64,000 nt of DNA from Candidatus Limnocylindria bacterium (GTDB taxonomy: Bacteria > Chloroflexota > Limnocylindria > P2-11E), in assembly GCA_041496945.1 (NCBI GenBank), contig JBGQFO010000001.1, positions 46,756-110,755 on the forward strand. Direction: 5' to 3'. Each line of letters opens with the position of its first letter. The first letter of the stretch is position 1. The position numbers and the translations under genes are program-made. Shown here in pieces: positions 45,807-54,703 of this stretch. The notes under the pieces were generated by a model. The model had not been told where the DNA came from, did no database searches, and was given only the letters and a program-made list of their open reading frames with translations.

Positions 45807-47057
45807 TCAGTACCCGCCGGCCCAGACCAGGTCGCCGTAGTGGCGGTGCTGGAGCGCGCCGTGCTCGTCGCCGGAGAAGCCCTCGCCGTGCGCGGCGGCG
45901 TCGGCGCGCACCCGGCGGATCACCGCGGCGGGCGTCCCCGCGCATCGGCCGCTGGCGATACAGAGCGCGACCGTCGCCGCGACGTGCGGCGCGGCCATGC
46001 TGGTGCCTGAGATCGTGCGGTAGCCGCCACCGGGCCACGCCGAGCGGATGCACACACCCGGCGCGGCCACGAGATGCGCGGCGCCGCCCGCGTCGCCCGC
46101 GTAGTTGGAGAAGCTCGCGAACGCGTCGTCACGTTCGGGCGCGCCGCACGCCGCCGTCCCGCCGCGTCCGCCGGGCGCGCCGTCGGTGTCGGACATCGCC
46201 GCGACGGCGAGGACCTCCGGGTAACCGGACGGCACGTCACCCGCGATGTCGCTCGCATCGTTCCCCGCGGCGACGACGTACACCACGCCCGCTTCGACGG
46301 ATCGGCAGATCGCCTTGTGCAACACGTCGCGGCTCGACCGTCCGCAGTCGCCGTCGGGCGTTCCCGGCATCCCGAGGCTGAGAGAAGCCACGCGGATGCC
46401 GAGGCGCGCGGTGTTGGCGGTGACCCAGTCGATGCCGCAGATGAGCTGCGAGGTCGTCCCGCGTCCCTGATCGTCGAGCACCTTCACCGCATAGACGGTC
46501 GTGCCGGGTGCCACGCCGATCCCGCCCTTCCCGGCGATCGTGCCGGTCACGTGCGTGCCGTGCCCATGGCCGTCCGAGACCGCGGTCGTGCGGCGATTCG
46601 GGCCGCCGACGCAGTTCGTGCCGGCGAGCGCGCCGAGGTCCGGGTGGGTGAGGTCGACGCCGGTATCGAGGACGGCCACCGCGACGCCCGTCGCGGCCTT
46701 CGTGCCGCCACCGATCCGCCGCACGCCGGTCACGAGCGCGGATGCGCGCGTGCTGCGCGCCGGCGGGGCCAGCCGGATGGCGCGGTCGTCGTGGATCGCG
46801 GCGACGGCTCCGTCGCGTGCGATGGCTTCGCGCTGGCGCGGCGCGAGCCTTGCGGCGAATCCGGCGAGGGAAGCTGTGTACCGATGGTCCGCGCGGAAGC
46901 CGTGGGCGCGCTCGAGGGCGTCGACCGTCGCCGCGACATCCGTGCCCTCGGCAAAGACGACGACGTACGGCGAGGTGGCCTGACCGGAAGCCGTCGTCGT
47001 GGTGAACGCCGCGACGCCTACGCCCGCGGCGGCGAGCGCGGCGACCAACATCCGCAT
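45807..47057 (-). CDS. Secreted S8 (subtilisin-like) serine peptidase with I9-like propeptide
   Basis: It has a signal peptide. The catalytic triad motifs are VAVLDTGVD, HGHGTHVTG and GTSMAAPHVA. Confidence 0.88.
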   Translation of the reverse strand: MRMLVAALAAAGVGVAAFTTTTASGQATSPYVVVFAEGTDVAATVDALERAHGFRADHRYTASLAGFAARLAPRQREAIARDGAVAAIHDDRAIRLAPPARSTRASALVTGVRRIGGGTKAATGVAVAVLDTGVDLTHPDLGALAGTNCVGGPNRRTTAVSDGHGHGTHVTGTIAGKGGIGVAPGTTVYAVKVLDDQGRGTTSQLICGIDWVTANTARLGIRVASLSLGMPGTPDGDCGRSSRDVLHKAICRSVEAGVVYVVAAGNDASDIAGDVPSGYPEVLAVAAMSDTDGAPGGRGGTAACGAPERDDAFASFSNYAGDAGGAAHLVAAPGVCIRSAWPGGGYRTISGTSMAAPHVAATVALCIASGRCAGTPAAVIRRVRADAAAHGEGFSGDEHGALQHRHYGDLVWAGGY

Positions 47058-47093
47058 CGCTGCGGAGATCGGTCGCGGCTTGCGTGCCTGGTG

Positions 47094-49088
47094 CTAGCGG
47101 ACCGGGAGACGCCGGGCGGCGACGCTGGGAGCGGCCTCTTCGAGCTGCTCCTGCGGCTCGGTCGCGCTGATCACGACGCTCGCCGCGGTTGCGATGACCG
47201 CGCCGACGAAGGCGGCGAGCAGCAGCACGCTCTGTGCCGGACGCGCGGGCGCGTTCGCTAGCGGGCCCCAGGTGATGAAGAGCATGAAGAGGATGCTCGC
47301 GCCCGCGACCGTGCCGACCGCCTGCGCGAACACGTAGAGGGCGAACCAGCGGCTCGGGCGGCGCAGGAGCGTGTCGAAGAACGTGCGGAGCACGCGCGTC
47401 ACGGACCACACCACGAGCGCGGCGATCGTCCACGCGAGGACCGTCGCGATCGCGGTGACATCGGCGCCGACGATCCGCGAGACGAGGCCGGCGAGCTGCG
47501 AGAACATCGTCCCCGGGTCGAAGACCTTGAGCAGCGGTCCGAAGCGGTCGGTCGATGCGAGCAACACGTTGAGGAGCGCCTGCTGCGTGTCGGACGCGCG
47601 CACCGGATCGAACAGGCTCTGTTGCTCGAGCTGGAAACCGGTCTCGACGAACGGACCGAACGTCTGCCGGCCCATCGCGATGGCCACGATCACGGTCATG
47701 ATCCCGCCCCAGGCCGCGGTCACGATGCCGAGAAGACCTTCGACCGACGCCGCGGTGAGGATGAGCGCCGGCGCGATGCCAAATGGCGCGGTCACCGGCA
47801 GTGCCATCGCGAGAGCGGTCTGCTCCGGCGGCACTTCACGGACCCAAAGCCAGATCCCGAGGATCGTGAACAGGACGGCGAGGACCGGCGCGAAGAGCAG
47901 CAGGGTCAACGTCTCGATGACCCACGCGATGGCGAGCGCGACCGCGAGGTGTCCCCCGAGCGCCGCGAGAAGGACCGCGGCGGTCGCGATCGCGATCGGG
48001 ACGAGCCCGAAGCCCGCGACCGAGCCGAGCGCGATCACCGGGAGCGCGATCATCGTCGCGAAGAAGACCTGACGGATCGGCATCCCGTACTCGGACAGCA
48101 TCGCGACCACCGGGCTCTGCGCGACCTTCGGGACGAAATCGCGGATCGGCTCGGTCATCACCGCGTTGACGCGGGTCGTCGCGAGGTCCTTGTCGAGGTT
48201 CTCGATCGACACGAGCGCCTGCGCCATCTGTGCGGCGGTCTGATAGCGGAGGCGCGGCTCCTTCGCGAGCGCCCTCAGGACGACCGTGTCGAGCTCCTTG
48301 ACCAAACTGTGGCGGAGGTGGCTCGGCGGCACCGGCACACGTACGACGTGGTCGCGGAGCAGCACACCGGCGTTCGCGCTCACGAAGGGCGGCTTGCCGA
48401 CGAGCATCTCGTACAGGATCAAACCGAGGCCGTAGACGTCAGAGGTGGCCGTCGCCGGCTTCCCCTCGACGCGCTCGGGCGCGACGTACATCGCGGTGGC
48501 GAAGAGCTGCGGCGTGTCCGCCTCCTCCTGCGGTATGCGCGCGATGCCGAAGTCGGCGATCTTCGCGTGGTCGTTCGAGTCGAAGAGGATGTTCGACGGC
48601 TTCAGGTCGGCGTGGATGATGCCCTTCGAGTGCGCGAACGCGAGGCCATTCGCGATGTTCACGGTGTGCGTGACCGCGTCGACCGTGGCGAGCGGGCCGC
48701 CTCGCTCGATCCGCTGCTTCAGCGAGCCGCCGGGCAGGTGCTCCATGACGATGAACGGCGCGCCATCGACCTCGCCGACGTCATAGACCGACACGATGCT
48801 GGGGTGGGAGAGCGCGGCGAGCGCGCGTGCTTCCCGCACGAACATCTTCCGGAGCGACTGGTCGGCCGCGGCCGACGGGTCGAGCACCTTGATCGCGACC
48901 TCGCGGTTCAGGGCGGTGTCGTTGGCCAGATAGACCTGGGAGCTGCCACCGGCCCCGATCGGCGCGACGATCTTGTAGCGCTTGTCCAGGACACGCTCCA
49001 CGGCCAGCTCCGTCATGGGCGGGCGCGCGCCGACTATACCGCCGGCCCGCGGCGCGACCGTGTGCGCGAACGGATTGCTCATCAACAT
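47094..49088 (-). CDS. Ser/Thr protein kinase fused to a large polytopic membrane domain
   Basis: Hanks motifs GAGGSSQVY, AIK, HADLKPSN, DFG and APE are present. They are followed by about 370 aa containing many hydrophobic helices. The start is ambiguous (49088, 49082 or 49016). Confidence 0.85.
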   Translation of the reverse strand: MLMSNPFAHTVAPRAGGIVGARPPMTELAVERVLDKRYKIVAPIGAGGSSQVYLANDTALNREVAIKVLDPSAAADQSLRKMFVREARALAALSHPSIVSVYDVGEVDGAPFIVMEHLPGGSLKQRIERGGPLATVDAVTHTVNIANGLAFAHSKGIIHADLKPSNILFDSNDHAKIADFGIARIPQEEADTPQLFATAMYVAPERVEGKPATATSDVYGLGLILYEMLVGKPPFVSANAGVLLRDHVVRVPVPPSHLRHSLVKELDTVVLRALAKEPRLRYQTAAQMAQALVSIENLDKDLATTRVNAVMTEPIRDFVPKVAQSPVVAMLSEYGMPIRQVFFATMIALPVIALGSVAGFGLVPIAIATAAVLLAALGGHLAVALAIAWVIETLTLLLFAPVLAVLFTILGIWLWVREVPPEQTALAMALPVTAPFGIAPALILTAASVEGLLGIVTAAWGGIMTVIVAIAMGRQTFGPFVETGFQLEQQSLFDPVRASDTQQALLNVLLASTDRFGPLLKVFDPGTMFSQLAGLVSRIVGADVTAIATVLAWTIAALVVWSVTRVLRTFFDTLLRRPSRWFALYVFAQAVGTVAGASILFMLFITWGPLANAPARPAQSVLLLAAFVGAVIATAASVVISATEPQEQLEEAAPSVAARRLPVR

Positions 49089-49255
49089 CCCCCGGAGGCG
49101 CGGTCGTCTCCATCACCTGAACGGTCAGCGGGCTCCGGCCGTTACAGCGGCGGGCTCGGCCGTCCCACCGACCGGTCCTTTTCGTCACCGAACGGATACA
49201 GGGCGATGCCTCGCCCTATCGATGGGGTCTCTGTGCGCGGAGGGAACAGCCGGGC

Positions 49256-50155
49256 TTACCTCGAGGCTGGCTTGTTCGGCCCCTTGCGGTCGACGAGCTG
49301 CGTGACGGCGGTCTGCAGGCCCGCCTTCAGCTGTGTGGCCTGATCCGCGGTGAGCTTGCCGCCCTGCTGCGCCTTGTCGATGTTGCCATTGGCTTGCGCC
49401 GTGATCGCGGCGATGAGCCCGTCGCGGCTCTTGCCCGCCGTGGCATTCGCGATCTCACCGAGGCTCTTGCCGGCGCGCAGCTGAGTCATGAGGTCGGCGG
49501 GCTTCAGGCCGAGGTACGTCCGGGTGGCGCTCATCGCGTCGCCGATGAACATCTGCACCTTTGGCGTCACCGCGCGCGGCGTCGGCTTCACGTAGGTGTG
49601 GTCCACGAACTTCGCGATGTGGTCCGGGACCGCGGCGGTGGCCTTGTCGGCCTGGTCCTTGGTGATCTTGCCGTCCGCGAGCGCCTTGGCGATCGCGTCA
49701 TCCGCGGACTTGGTGAGGGACGCGACGAGGCCGTCGCGGCTCTTGCCGGACGTCGCGTTCGCGATGGCCGCCAGGCTCGTGCCCGGCAGCTTCTTCTTCA
49801 GCTCCGCAGGCGTCGTGCCGAGGTAGGTCGCGCTCTGGTCGAAGAGACTCGCGAACACGTGCCGGAGGAGGTCTTCGCGGCCCTTGTCGCGGCCGGCGTC
49901 CTTCACCGCCGCGAGGATCGCGTCCTCTTGCGCCTGCGTAATGACGCCCTTGGAGACGAGCGCGTCGAGGATGGCCTTGAGCCTGTCGTTGCCCGGCTTC
50001 GGCGCCGCGGCCGCCGTGGCGGTCCCCGAGAGGTCGGGCACGAGGCTGAACGTGTCGCTGGCCGATGGGGCGAACCCGGCGAATGCGGCTCCACCGAGCA
50101 GCCCGACGCCGATGAGCGCGGTCACGATCGCGATGGCCACTTTGCGTCCGAACAT
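49256..50155 (-). CDS. Secreted or anchored repeat protein of unknown function
   Basis: 299 aa with an N-terminal hydrophobic signal/anchor. Two units of about 85 aa share YLG..PA(E/D)L....L.G.SL..IANAT.GKSRDGL.A..T......I.KA...GK(I/L)T.DQA. Confidence 0.6.
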   Translation of the reverse strand: MFGRKVAIAIVTALIGVGLLGGAAFAGFAPSASDTFSLVPDLSGTATAAAAPKPGNDRLKAILDALVSKGVITQAQEDAILAAVKDAGRDKGREDLLRHVFASLFDQSATYLGTTPAELKKKLPGTSLAAIANATSGKSRDGLVASLTKSADDAIAKALADGKITKDQADKATAAVPDHIAKFVDHTYVKPTPRAVTPKVQMFIGDAMSATRTYLGLKPADLMTQLRAGKSLGEIANATAGKSRDGLIAAITAQANGNIDKAQQGGKLTADQATQLKAGLQTAVTQLVDRKGPNKPASR

Positions 50156-50231
50156 CTCTTTGTCGCCTCCTATGGGTCGCGTTCCACCACTTGTACCTGC
50201 CCATCTAACGTCATCGTTTCGCGCCGGACTA

Positions 50232-50245
50232 GGCCCGAACGGCCC
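50232..50245. repeat. GGCCCGAACGGCCC element (recurrent intergenic palindrome)
   Basis: Read directly in the divergent region between the repeat-protein gene and glgA. Its reverse complement contains GGGCCGTTCGG. Confidence 0.4.
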
Positions 50246-50295
50246 AGGCCCCCGCGCCCGGACCGGTCCTTACAGGCCGTTAACATCCGAGGCCC

Positions 50296-51705
50296 GTGCA
50301 TATCGCTTTCGTATCGGCTGAGGCTGCCCCCTACGCCAAGGTCGGAGGCCTCGCCGATGTCGCCGGGTCCCTGCCGCAGGCCCTGGCCGCGCTCGGCCAC
50401 GAGGTCACGCTCTACCTCCCACTCCACGGGACGATCGATCGGGCAAGGTTCGGCATTCCGGCGAAGGGACCGACGCGCTCCGTACCGTTCGGCGCGCGCA
50501 ACGTCCGCGTCGGCTATCCCGCGACGGGGCGCGATGGCGTGCGCGTCGTCTTCGTCGACAATCAGCGGCTCCTCGCGCGCGACCGCGTGTACGGCGCGGC
50601 GGATGACGACCGGCGCTACGCCCTGTTCTGCCGCGCCGTGTTCGAGGACCTGCGTGCCGTGCGTCCCGACATCGTGCACGCGCACGACTGGCACGCCGCG
50701 CTCCTCGTGCCGCTCGTGGCCCGTGGCCTGCGAAAGACCGCGACGGTCTTCACCATCCACAACCTCGCGTATCAGGGCCGCACCTCGGCCGGGGTGCTCA
50801 AGTTCATCGGCCTCCCGCGTGCACGTCTCGCGGTGGAGGACCCGAACGAGTGCAATCCGATGGCGCGCGCCATCGCGAGCGCGGACTTCGTGAGCACCGT
50901 GAGCCAGCAGTACGCGAAGGAGATCCTCACCCCCGAGTTCGGCGAACGCTTGCAGGGGCTGCTCCGCACGCGACGGCGCAGGCTCGCCGGCATCGTGAAC
51001 GGCATCGACACACGCGCGTTCGACCCGGCGACCGACCCGAACATCGCGGCGCGGTATTTCGCGGATTCGCCGTCAGACAAGACGAAGGACAAGGAGGCGC
51101 TGCAGGCGAAGGGCGCGCTCCACGCCGATCGTGCGGCGCCGGTGTTCGGCGTCGTCGGGCGCCTGGTGGAGCAGAAGGGCGTCGACCTCCTCACCGCCAT
51201 CGCACCGCGGCTCATGGATGACGGCGGACAGCTCGTGGTCCTCGGCTCGGGCGATCCAGCCTACGAGGCCGCCTGGAAGGATCTCGCCACGCGCTACCGC
51301 GGGAAGCTCTGGCTCACGCTCGGCTTCGACGCATCGCTCGCCCAGCGCATCTACGCGGGCGCCGACCTCTTCCTCATGCCCTCGCGCTTCGAGCCGTGCG
51401 GGCTCGGCCAGCTCATCTCGCTCCGCTACGGCACCATCCCGGTCGTGCATGCGGTGGGCGGTCTGGCCGAGACGGTGCGCGATGTCGACGCGCATCCCGC
51501 GGACGGGAATGGGTTCTCGTTCGCGCGGTACGCGCCGGACGCCTTCAGCGACGCGGTCGACCGCGCCATGCGGCGATTCCGCGCCGGCGGCGCGGCCTGG
51601 AACGAGCTGATCCGCCGCGCGATGCTCGAGGACCATTCCTGGAGCGCATCGGCGAAGCGCTACGTCGAGCTCTACCGGAAGGCCATCCGGTCACGCGCCG
51701 CGTGA
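50296..51705 (+). CDS. glgA: Glycogen/starch synthase (GT5, ADP-glucose type)
   Basis: A GTG start. The motifs AAPYAKVGGLADV and HAHDWH and the C-terminal PSRFEPCGL are present. Confidence 0.88.
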   Translation: MHIAFVSAEAAPYAKVGGLADVAGSLPQALAALGHEVTLYLPLHGTIDRARFGIPAKGPTRSVPFGARNVRVGYPATGRDGVRVVFVDNQRLLARDRVYGAADDDRRYALFCRAVFEDLRAVRPDIVHAHDWHAALLVPLVARGLRKTATVFTIHNLAYQGRTSAGVLKFIGLPRARLAVEDPNECNPMARAIASADFVSTVSQQYAKEILTPEFGERLQGLLRTRRRRLAGIVNGIDTRAFDPATDPNIAARYFADSPSDKTKDKEALQAKGALHADRAAPVFGVVGRLVEQKGVDLLTAIAPRLMDDGGQLVVLGSGDPAYEAAWKDLATRYRGKLWLTLGFDASLAQRIYAGADLFLMPSRFEPCGLGQLISLRYGTIPVVHAVGGLAETVRDVDAHPADGNGFSFARYAPDAFSDAVDRAMRRFRAGGAAWNELIRRAMLEDHSWSASAKRYVELYRKAIRSRAA

Positions 51706-52778
51706 CCCGGTCGATCGTCGGCCTCGAGGACGCCATCGCGAGCCTCCCGGCGGACGCGCGGGCGGCGGCGGATCGGCTCCTGCGCGTGTCCACGACCACC
51801 GGACGCCTCGAGGCTCCGCCCGAGATGCACGCGTGGATCACAAAGCTCTTTGGCTCGCTGGATGCCGTTCGCGAGCAGCGGATCGTCCGGGTGACGAACC
51901 TGGTGACGTTCGAGGGGGCCCTGTTCAACGACCTGCGAGCGATGCGGCCGATGGACGTGAAGGGAACGGACGAGGTGCGCGCGACGATCGCCGCCGCGGC
52001 CAACGACCCGTTCGACCACCCGCTCACCGGCACGCCCGCGGACACCTTCGGGCGCATCAGGGGCGCGCACGGCCTCACCGCCTCGAACGTGGCCAAGTAC
52101 GACGGCTATCACGGCGTCCTCGTCTTCGACGAGCACGATCCCCTGGCGCCCGTGTCCGCGCCGACGATCCGCGACCACCTGGTCACGGCGCGCCGCTGGG
52201 GCGAAGCCGCCCAGGCCGAGGACCCGGCGGCGCGCTACCTGTTCGTCATGTGGAACTGCCTGTGGCGCGCCGGCGGCTCGATCGTCCACGGGCACATGCA
52301 GATGACGGCGACCCGCGCCGCGCACTACCCGAAGATCGAGCAGCTTCGGCGGCAGGCGCTCGCGTACGCGTCATCCGCGGGCCGCGACTATTTCGACGAC
52401 CTGTGGCTCGTGCACGATGCGCTCGGGCTTGGCGTGTCGGTCGGCGAGGCGCGCGCGATGGCCTCGCTCACGCCGGTGAAGGAGCGAGAGGTCGTGATCC
52501 TCGGGCGACCCGGTGAGGACGAGACCAGCCTCGCGGCCGCGATCGCAATGGTCGTGACGGCCTACCGCGCGGCCGGCGTCGTCTCCTTCAACATGGCGGT
52601 CTATCTGCCGCCGCTCTCGCCGGACGGCGAGGACTGGAATCGCTTCCCGCCACAGGCGCGCCTCGTCGACCGCGGCGATCCCGCGAACAGGACGTCGGAC
52701 ATCGGCGCGATGGAGCTGTACGCGACATCGGTGATCGCCGCGGATCCGTTCCGGCTCGCCGAGCAGCTGCGCGCGTAG
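51702..52778 (+). CDS. GalT-like (HIT-superfamily branch III) nucleotidyltransferase/phosphorylase
   Basis: The GTG overlaps the glgA stop (GTGA). The 358-aa protein carries the H-x-H-x-Q motif GGSIVHGHMQ. Confidence 0.55.
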   Translation: MTRSIVGLEDAIASLPADARAAADRLLRVSTTTGRLEAPPEMHAWITKLFGSLDAVREQRIVRVTNLVTFEGALFNDLRAMRPMDVKGTDEVRATIAAAANDPFDHPLTGTPADTFGRIRGAHGLTASNVAKYDGYHGVLVFDEHDPLAPVSAPTIRDHLVTARRWGEAAQAEDPAARYLFVMWNCLWRAGGSIVHGHMQMTATRAAHYPKIEQLRRQALAYASSAGRDYFDDLWLVHDALGLGVSVGEARAMASLTPVKEREVVILGRPGEDETSLAAAIAMVVTAYRAAGVVSFNMAVYLPPLSPDGEDWNRFPPQARLVDRGDPANRTSDIGAMELYATSVIAADPFRLAEQLRA

Positions 52779-52871
52779 CGTATAGTCACCCGTCCGCCTC
52801 CTCGCGCTGCGCGAATTCGCTCGTCCCGGCTATTGACGACTCGCTCGGCGTCCTGCTTACTGAGCGCCACG

Positions 52872-53324
52872 ATGGCGGATCTGACATTCGTCTCGCGGCG
52901 GGATTCGAGCTTCAAGGAGTTCCCGCCCGCGTCCGCCCAGATCGCGATGGTCATCCCCTTCTACGGCGATGTGATGGTGTGGGTCCGCTCCCCCGACGCC
53001 GGCGGCTGGCACTTCCCGACGAGCGCGCGCCGCTCGGGTGAGACGATCCTCGAGGTCGCGCGTCGCGAGCTCTGGGATTCCGCGCGGATCGTGGCGAGCC
53101 GTCTCGATCTGCTCGGGGCGATCCGCTACGAATTGCCGAAGCCCACGACCGCGTACGTGTACATGTGCGAGCTGCAGCACCTCACCTGGTGGTACGACAC
53201 GCCCGACAAGGAGAAGTCCGCCGAGATCGGGGTCTTCACCAGGCTTCCGCGGCCGGTTGCCAGCGAGGCGGTCGAGGTCGTCCTCGAGGCCGCGCTCCGC
53301 GCCCGCCGCACCGGCCTCCGCTAG
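52872..53324 (+). CDS. NUDIX-fold protein with a degenerate Nudix box
   Basis: GGWHFPTSARRSGETILEVARRELWDSARI approximates G-x5-E-x7-REUxEExGU, but the EE pair and the final G are replaced. Confidence 0.35.
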   Translation: MADLTFVSRRDSSFKEFPPASAQIAMVIPFYGDVMVWVRSPDAGGWHFPTSARRSGETILEVARRELWDSARIVASRLDLLGAIRYELPKPTTAYVYMCELQHLTWWYDTPDKEKSAEIGVFTRLPRPVASEAVEVVLEAALRARRTGLR

Positions 53325-53330
53325 ACCGGG

Positions 53331-54062
53331 CTAGTCGAACGCCGCGGCGATGGCCGCCTGCAGCGCGTCGCCCGCCAGCCCATCGCCGAGGTAGCTGCTT
53401 CCGACCCGCACCTCGAGATGAAGGTGCGGCCCGCCCTCGGGATAGCCGCTGCTGCCCACGGATCCGACCACCGCTCCGGCGTCCACCGCGGCCCCGAGCG
53501 CGAGATCCGACACCGCGGAGAGGTGGGCGTAGCGCGTCACGACGCCGTGGCCGTGATCGATCCACACCTGCCGACCGCGGATGCGATCGAGCGTCGCCGC
53601 GGGCGTGTAGCCGAGCTGGATGGCGTCGGCGAGCGCGACGACCTCGCTCTCGCGGTCCCAATCCACGTAGTCGTGATCGATGCGCACGATCACGCCCGCG
53701 GCGGCCGCGCGCACGGGCGTGCCGGCCGCGGTCGGGAAGTCGATGCCCTCGTGCCAGCCGGCGCGGAACGCGCGCGGCGCGTTCGGCAGGAGCTCGAGGT
53801 CGGCCGGCAGCGCGACGCCGGCGATTGGCAGGAGCAGTCCCCGTACCGCGACGACCGACCTGCCGTCGCGGTCCCAGGAAGCCAGACGGCCGCGTTCGGC
53901 CGCCGGGTCCGTCCGCGCACTGACCGCGGGATCGGCCGTCGCGAGCGGTGCGGCGACGGCGGCCGGCGCGGCCTGCGCCACGGCCGGTGCCGGTGCGGCG
54001 GTCGCGGCGACCGCGACCGCGGCGAACAGGAGGGCGCCGCACAGGGCGAGGGGGAACCGCAT
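53331..54062 (-). CDS. M23-family metallopeptidase (secreted)
   Basis: It has a signal peptide. The motifs HEGIDF, IDHGHGVVTRYAHL and GPHLHLEV are present. Confidence 0.85.
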   Translation of the reverse strand: MRFPLALCGALLFAAVAVAATAAPAPAVAQAAPAAVAAPLATADPAVSARTDPAAERGRLASWDRDGRSVVAVRGLLLPIAGVALPADLELLPNAPRAFRAGWHEGIDFPTAAGTPVRAAAAGVIVRIDHDYVDWDRESEVVALADAIQLGYTPAATLDRIRGRQVWIDHGHGVVTRYAHLSAVSDLALGAAVDAGAVVGSVGSSGYPEGGPHLHLEVRVGSSYLGDGLAGDALQAAIAAAFD

Positions 54063-54112
54063 CAGCAGAACCCTAACGCGGCGTACACTTGGCCGTGCGC
54101 ACCACCTTTAAC

Positions 54113-54133
54113 GACCGGTCCTGAGAGGCCGGG
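54113..54133 (+). promoter_or_regulatory. PyrR-binding RNA loop-like element in the pyrR leader
   Basis: GACCGGUCCUGAGAGGCCGGG forms a CCGG/CCGG stem presenting UCCUGAGAGG. This matches my recollection of the ARUCCAGAGAGGYU PyrR binding loop. It lies directly 5' of the GGAAGGA RBS. Confidence 0.6.
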
Positions 54134-54145
54134 AAGGAAAAGCTC

Positions 54146-54703
54146 GTGATGCCACAGCCGCATACCGTGCTGCTCAGCGCCGACGACGTCCGGCGCGCGA
54201 TCTCACGCATCGCGCATGAGATCGTCGAACGCGACCGCGACCTTTCAACGCTGGCCATCGTCGGCATCCGCTCGCGCGGCGACGTGCTCGCATCGCGCGT
54301 CCGCGAGGCGATCCGCACGCACGAGAACGCCGGTGTGCCGCTCGGATCGCTCGACATCACGCTCTATCGCGACGATCTGACGCGCATCGGCTACGCACCG
54401 GTCGTCCACGAGTCCGCTCTCGACTTCTCCGTCGACGACAAGGTGGTCGTGCTCGTCGACGACGTGCTCTTCACCGGACGCACGATCCGCGCCGCCCTCG
54501 ATGCCCTCATCGACTACGGCCGGCCACGGGCGATCCGTCTCGCCGTGCTCGTCGACCGCGGCCATCGCGAGCTGCCGATCCGGGCCGACTTCGTCGGCAA
54601 GAACGTGCCGACGAAGCCGACGGACGAGGTCCGCGTGCATCTGGTGGAGGTGGATGGGCGCGACGAGGTCGAGCTCGTCGCCCGCGAGGCGGTGTCGGCA
54701 TGA
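54146..54703 (+). CDS. pyrR: Bifunctional pyr operon regulator / uracil phosphoribosyltransferase
   Basis: A GTG start, with a PRPP motif [13 protein letters not shown] and typical length (185 aa). Confidence 0.9.
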   Translation: MMPQPHTVLLSADDVRRAISRIAHEIVERDRDLSTLAIVGIRSRGDVLASRVREAIRTHENAGVPLGSLDITLYRDDLTRIGYAPVVHESALDFSVDDKVVVLVDDVLFTGRTIRAALDALIDYGRPRAIRLAVLVDRGHRELPIRADFVGKNVPTKPTDEVRVHLVEVDGRDEVELVAREAVSA

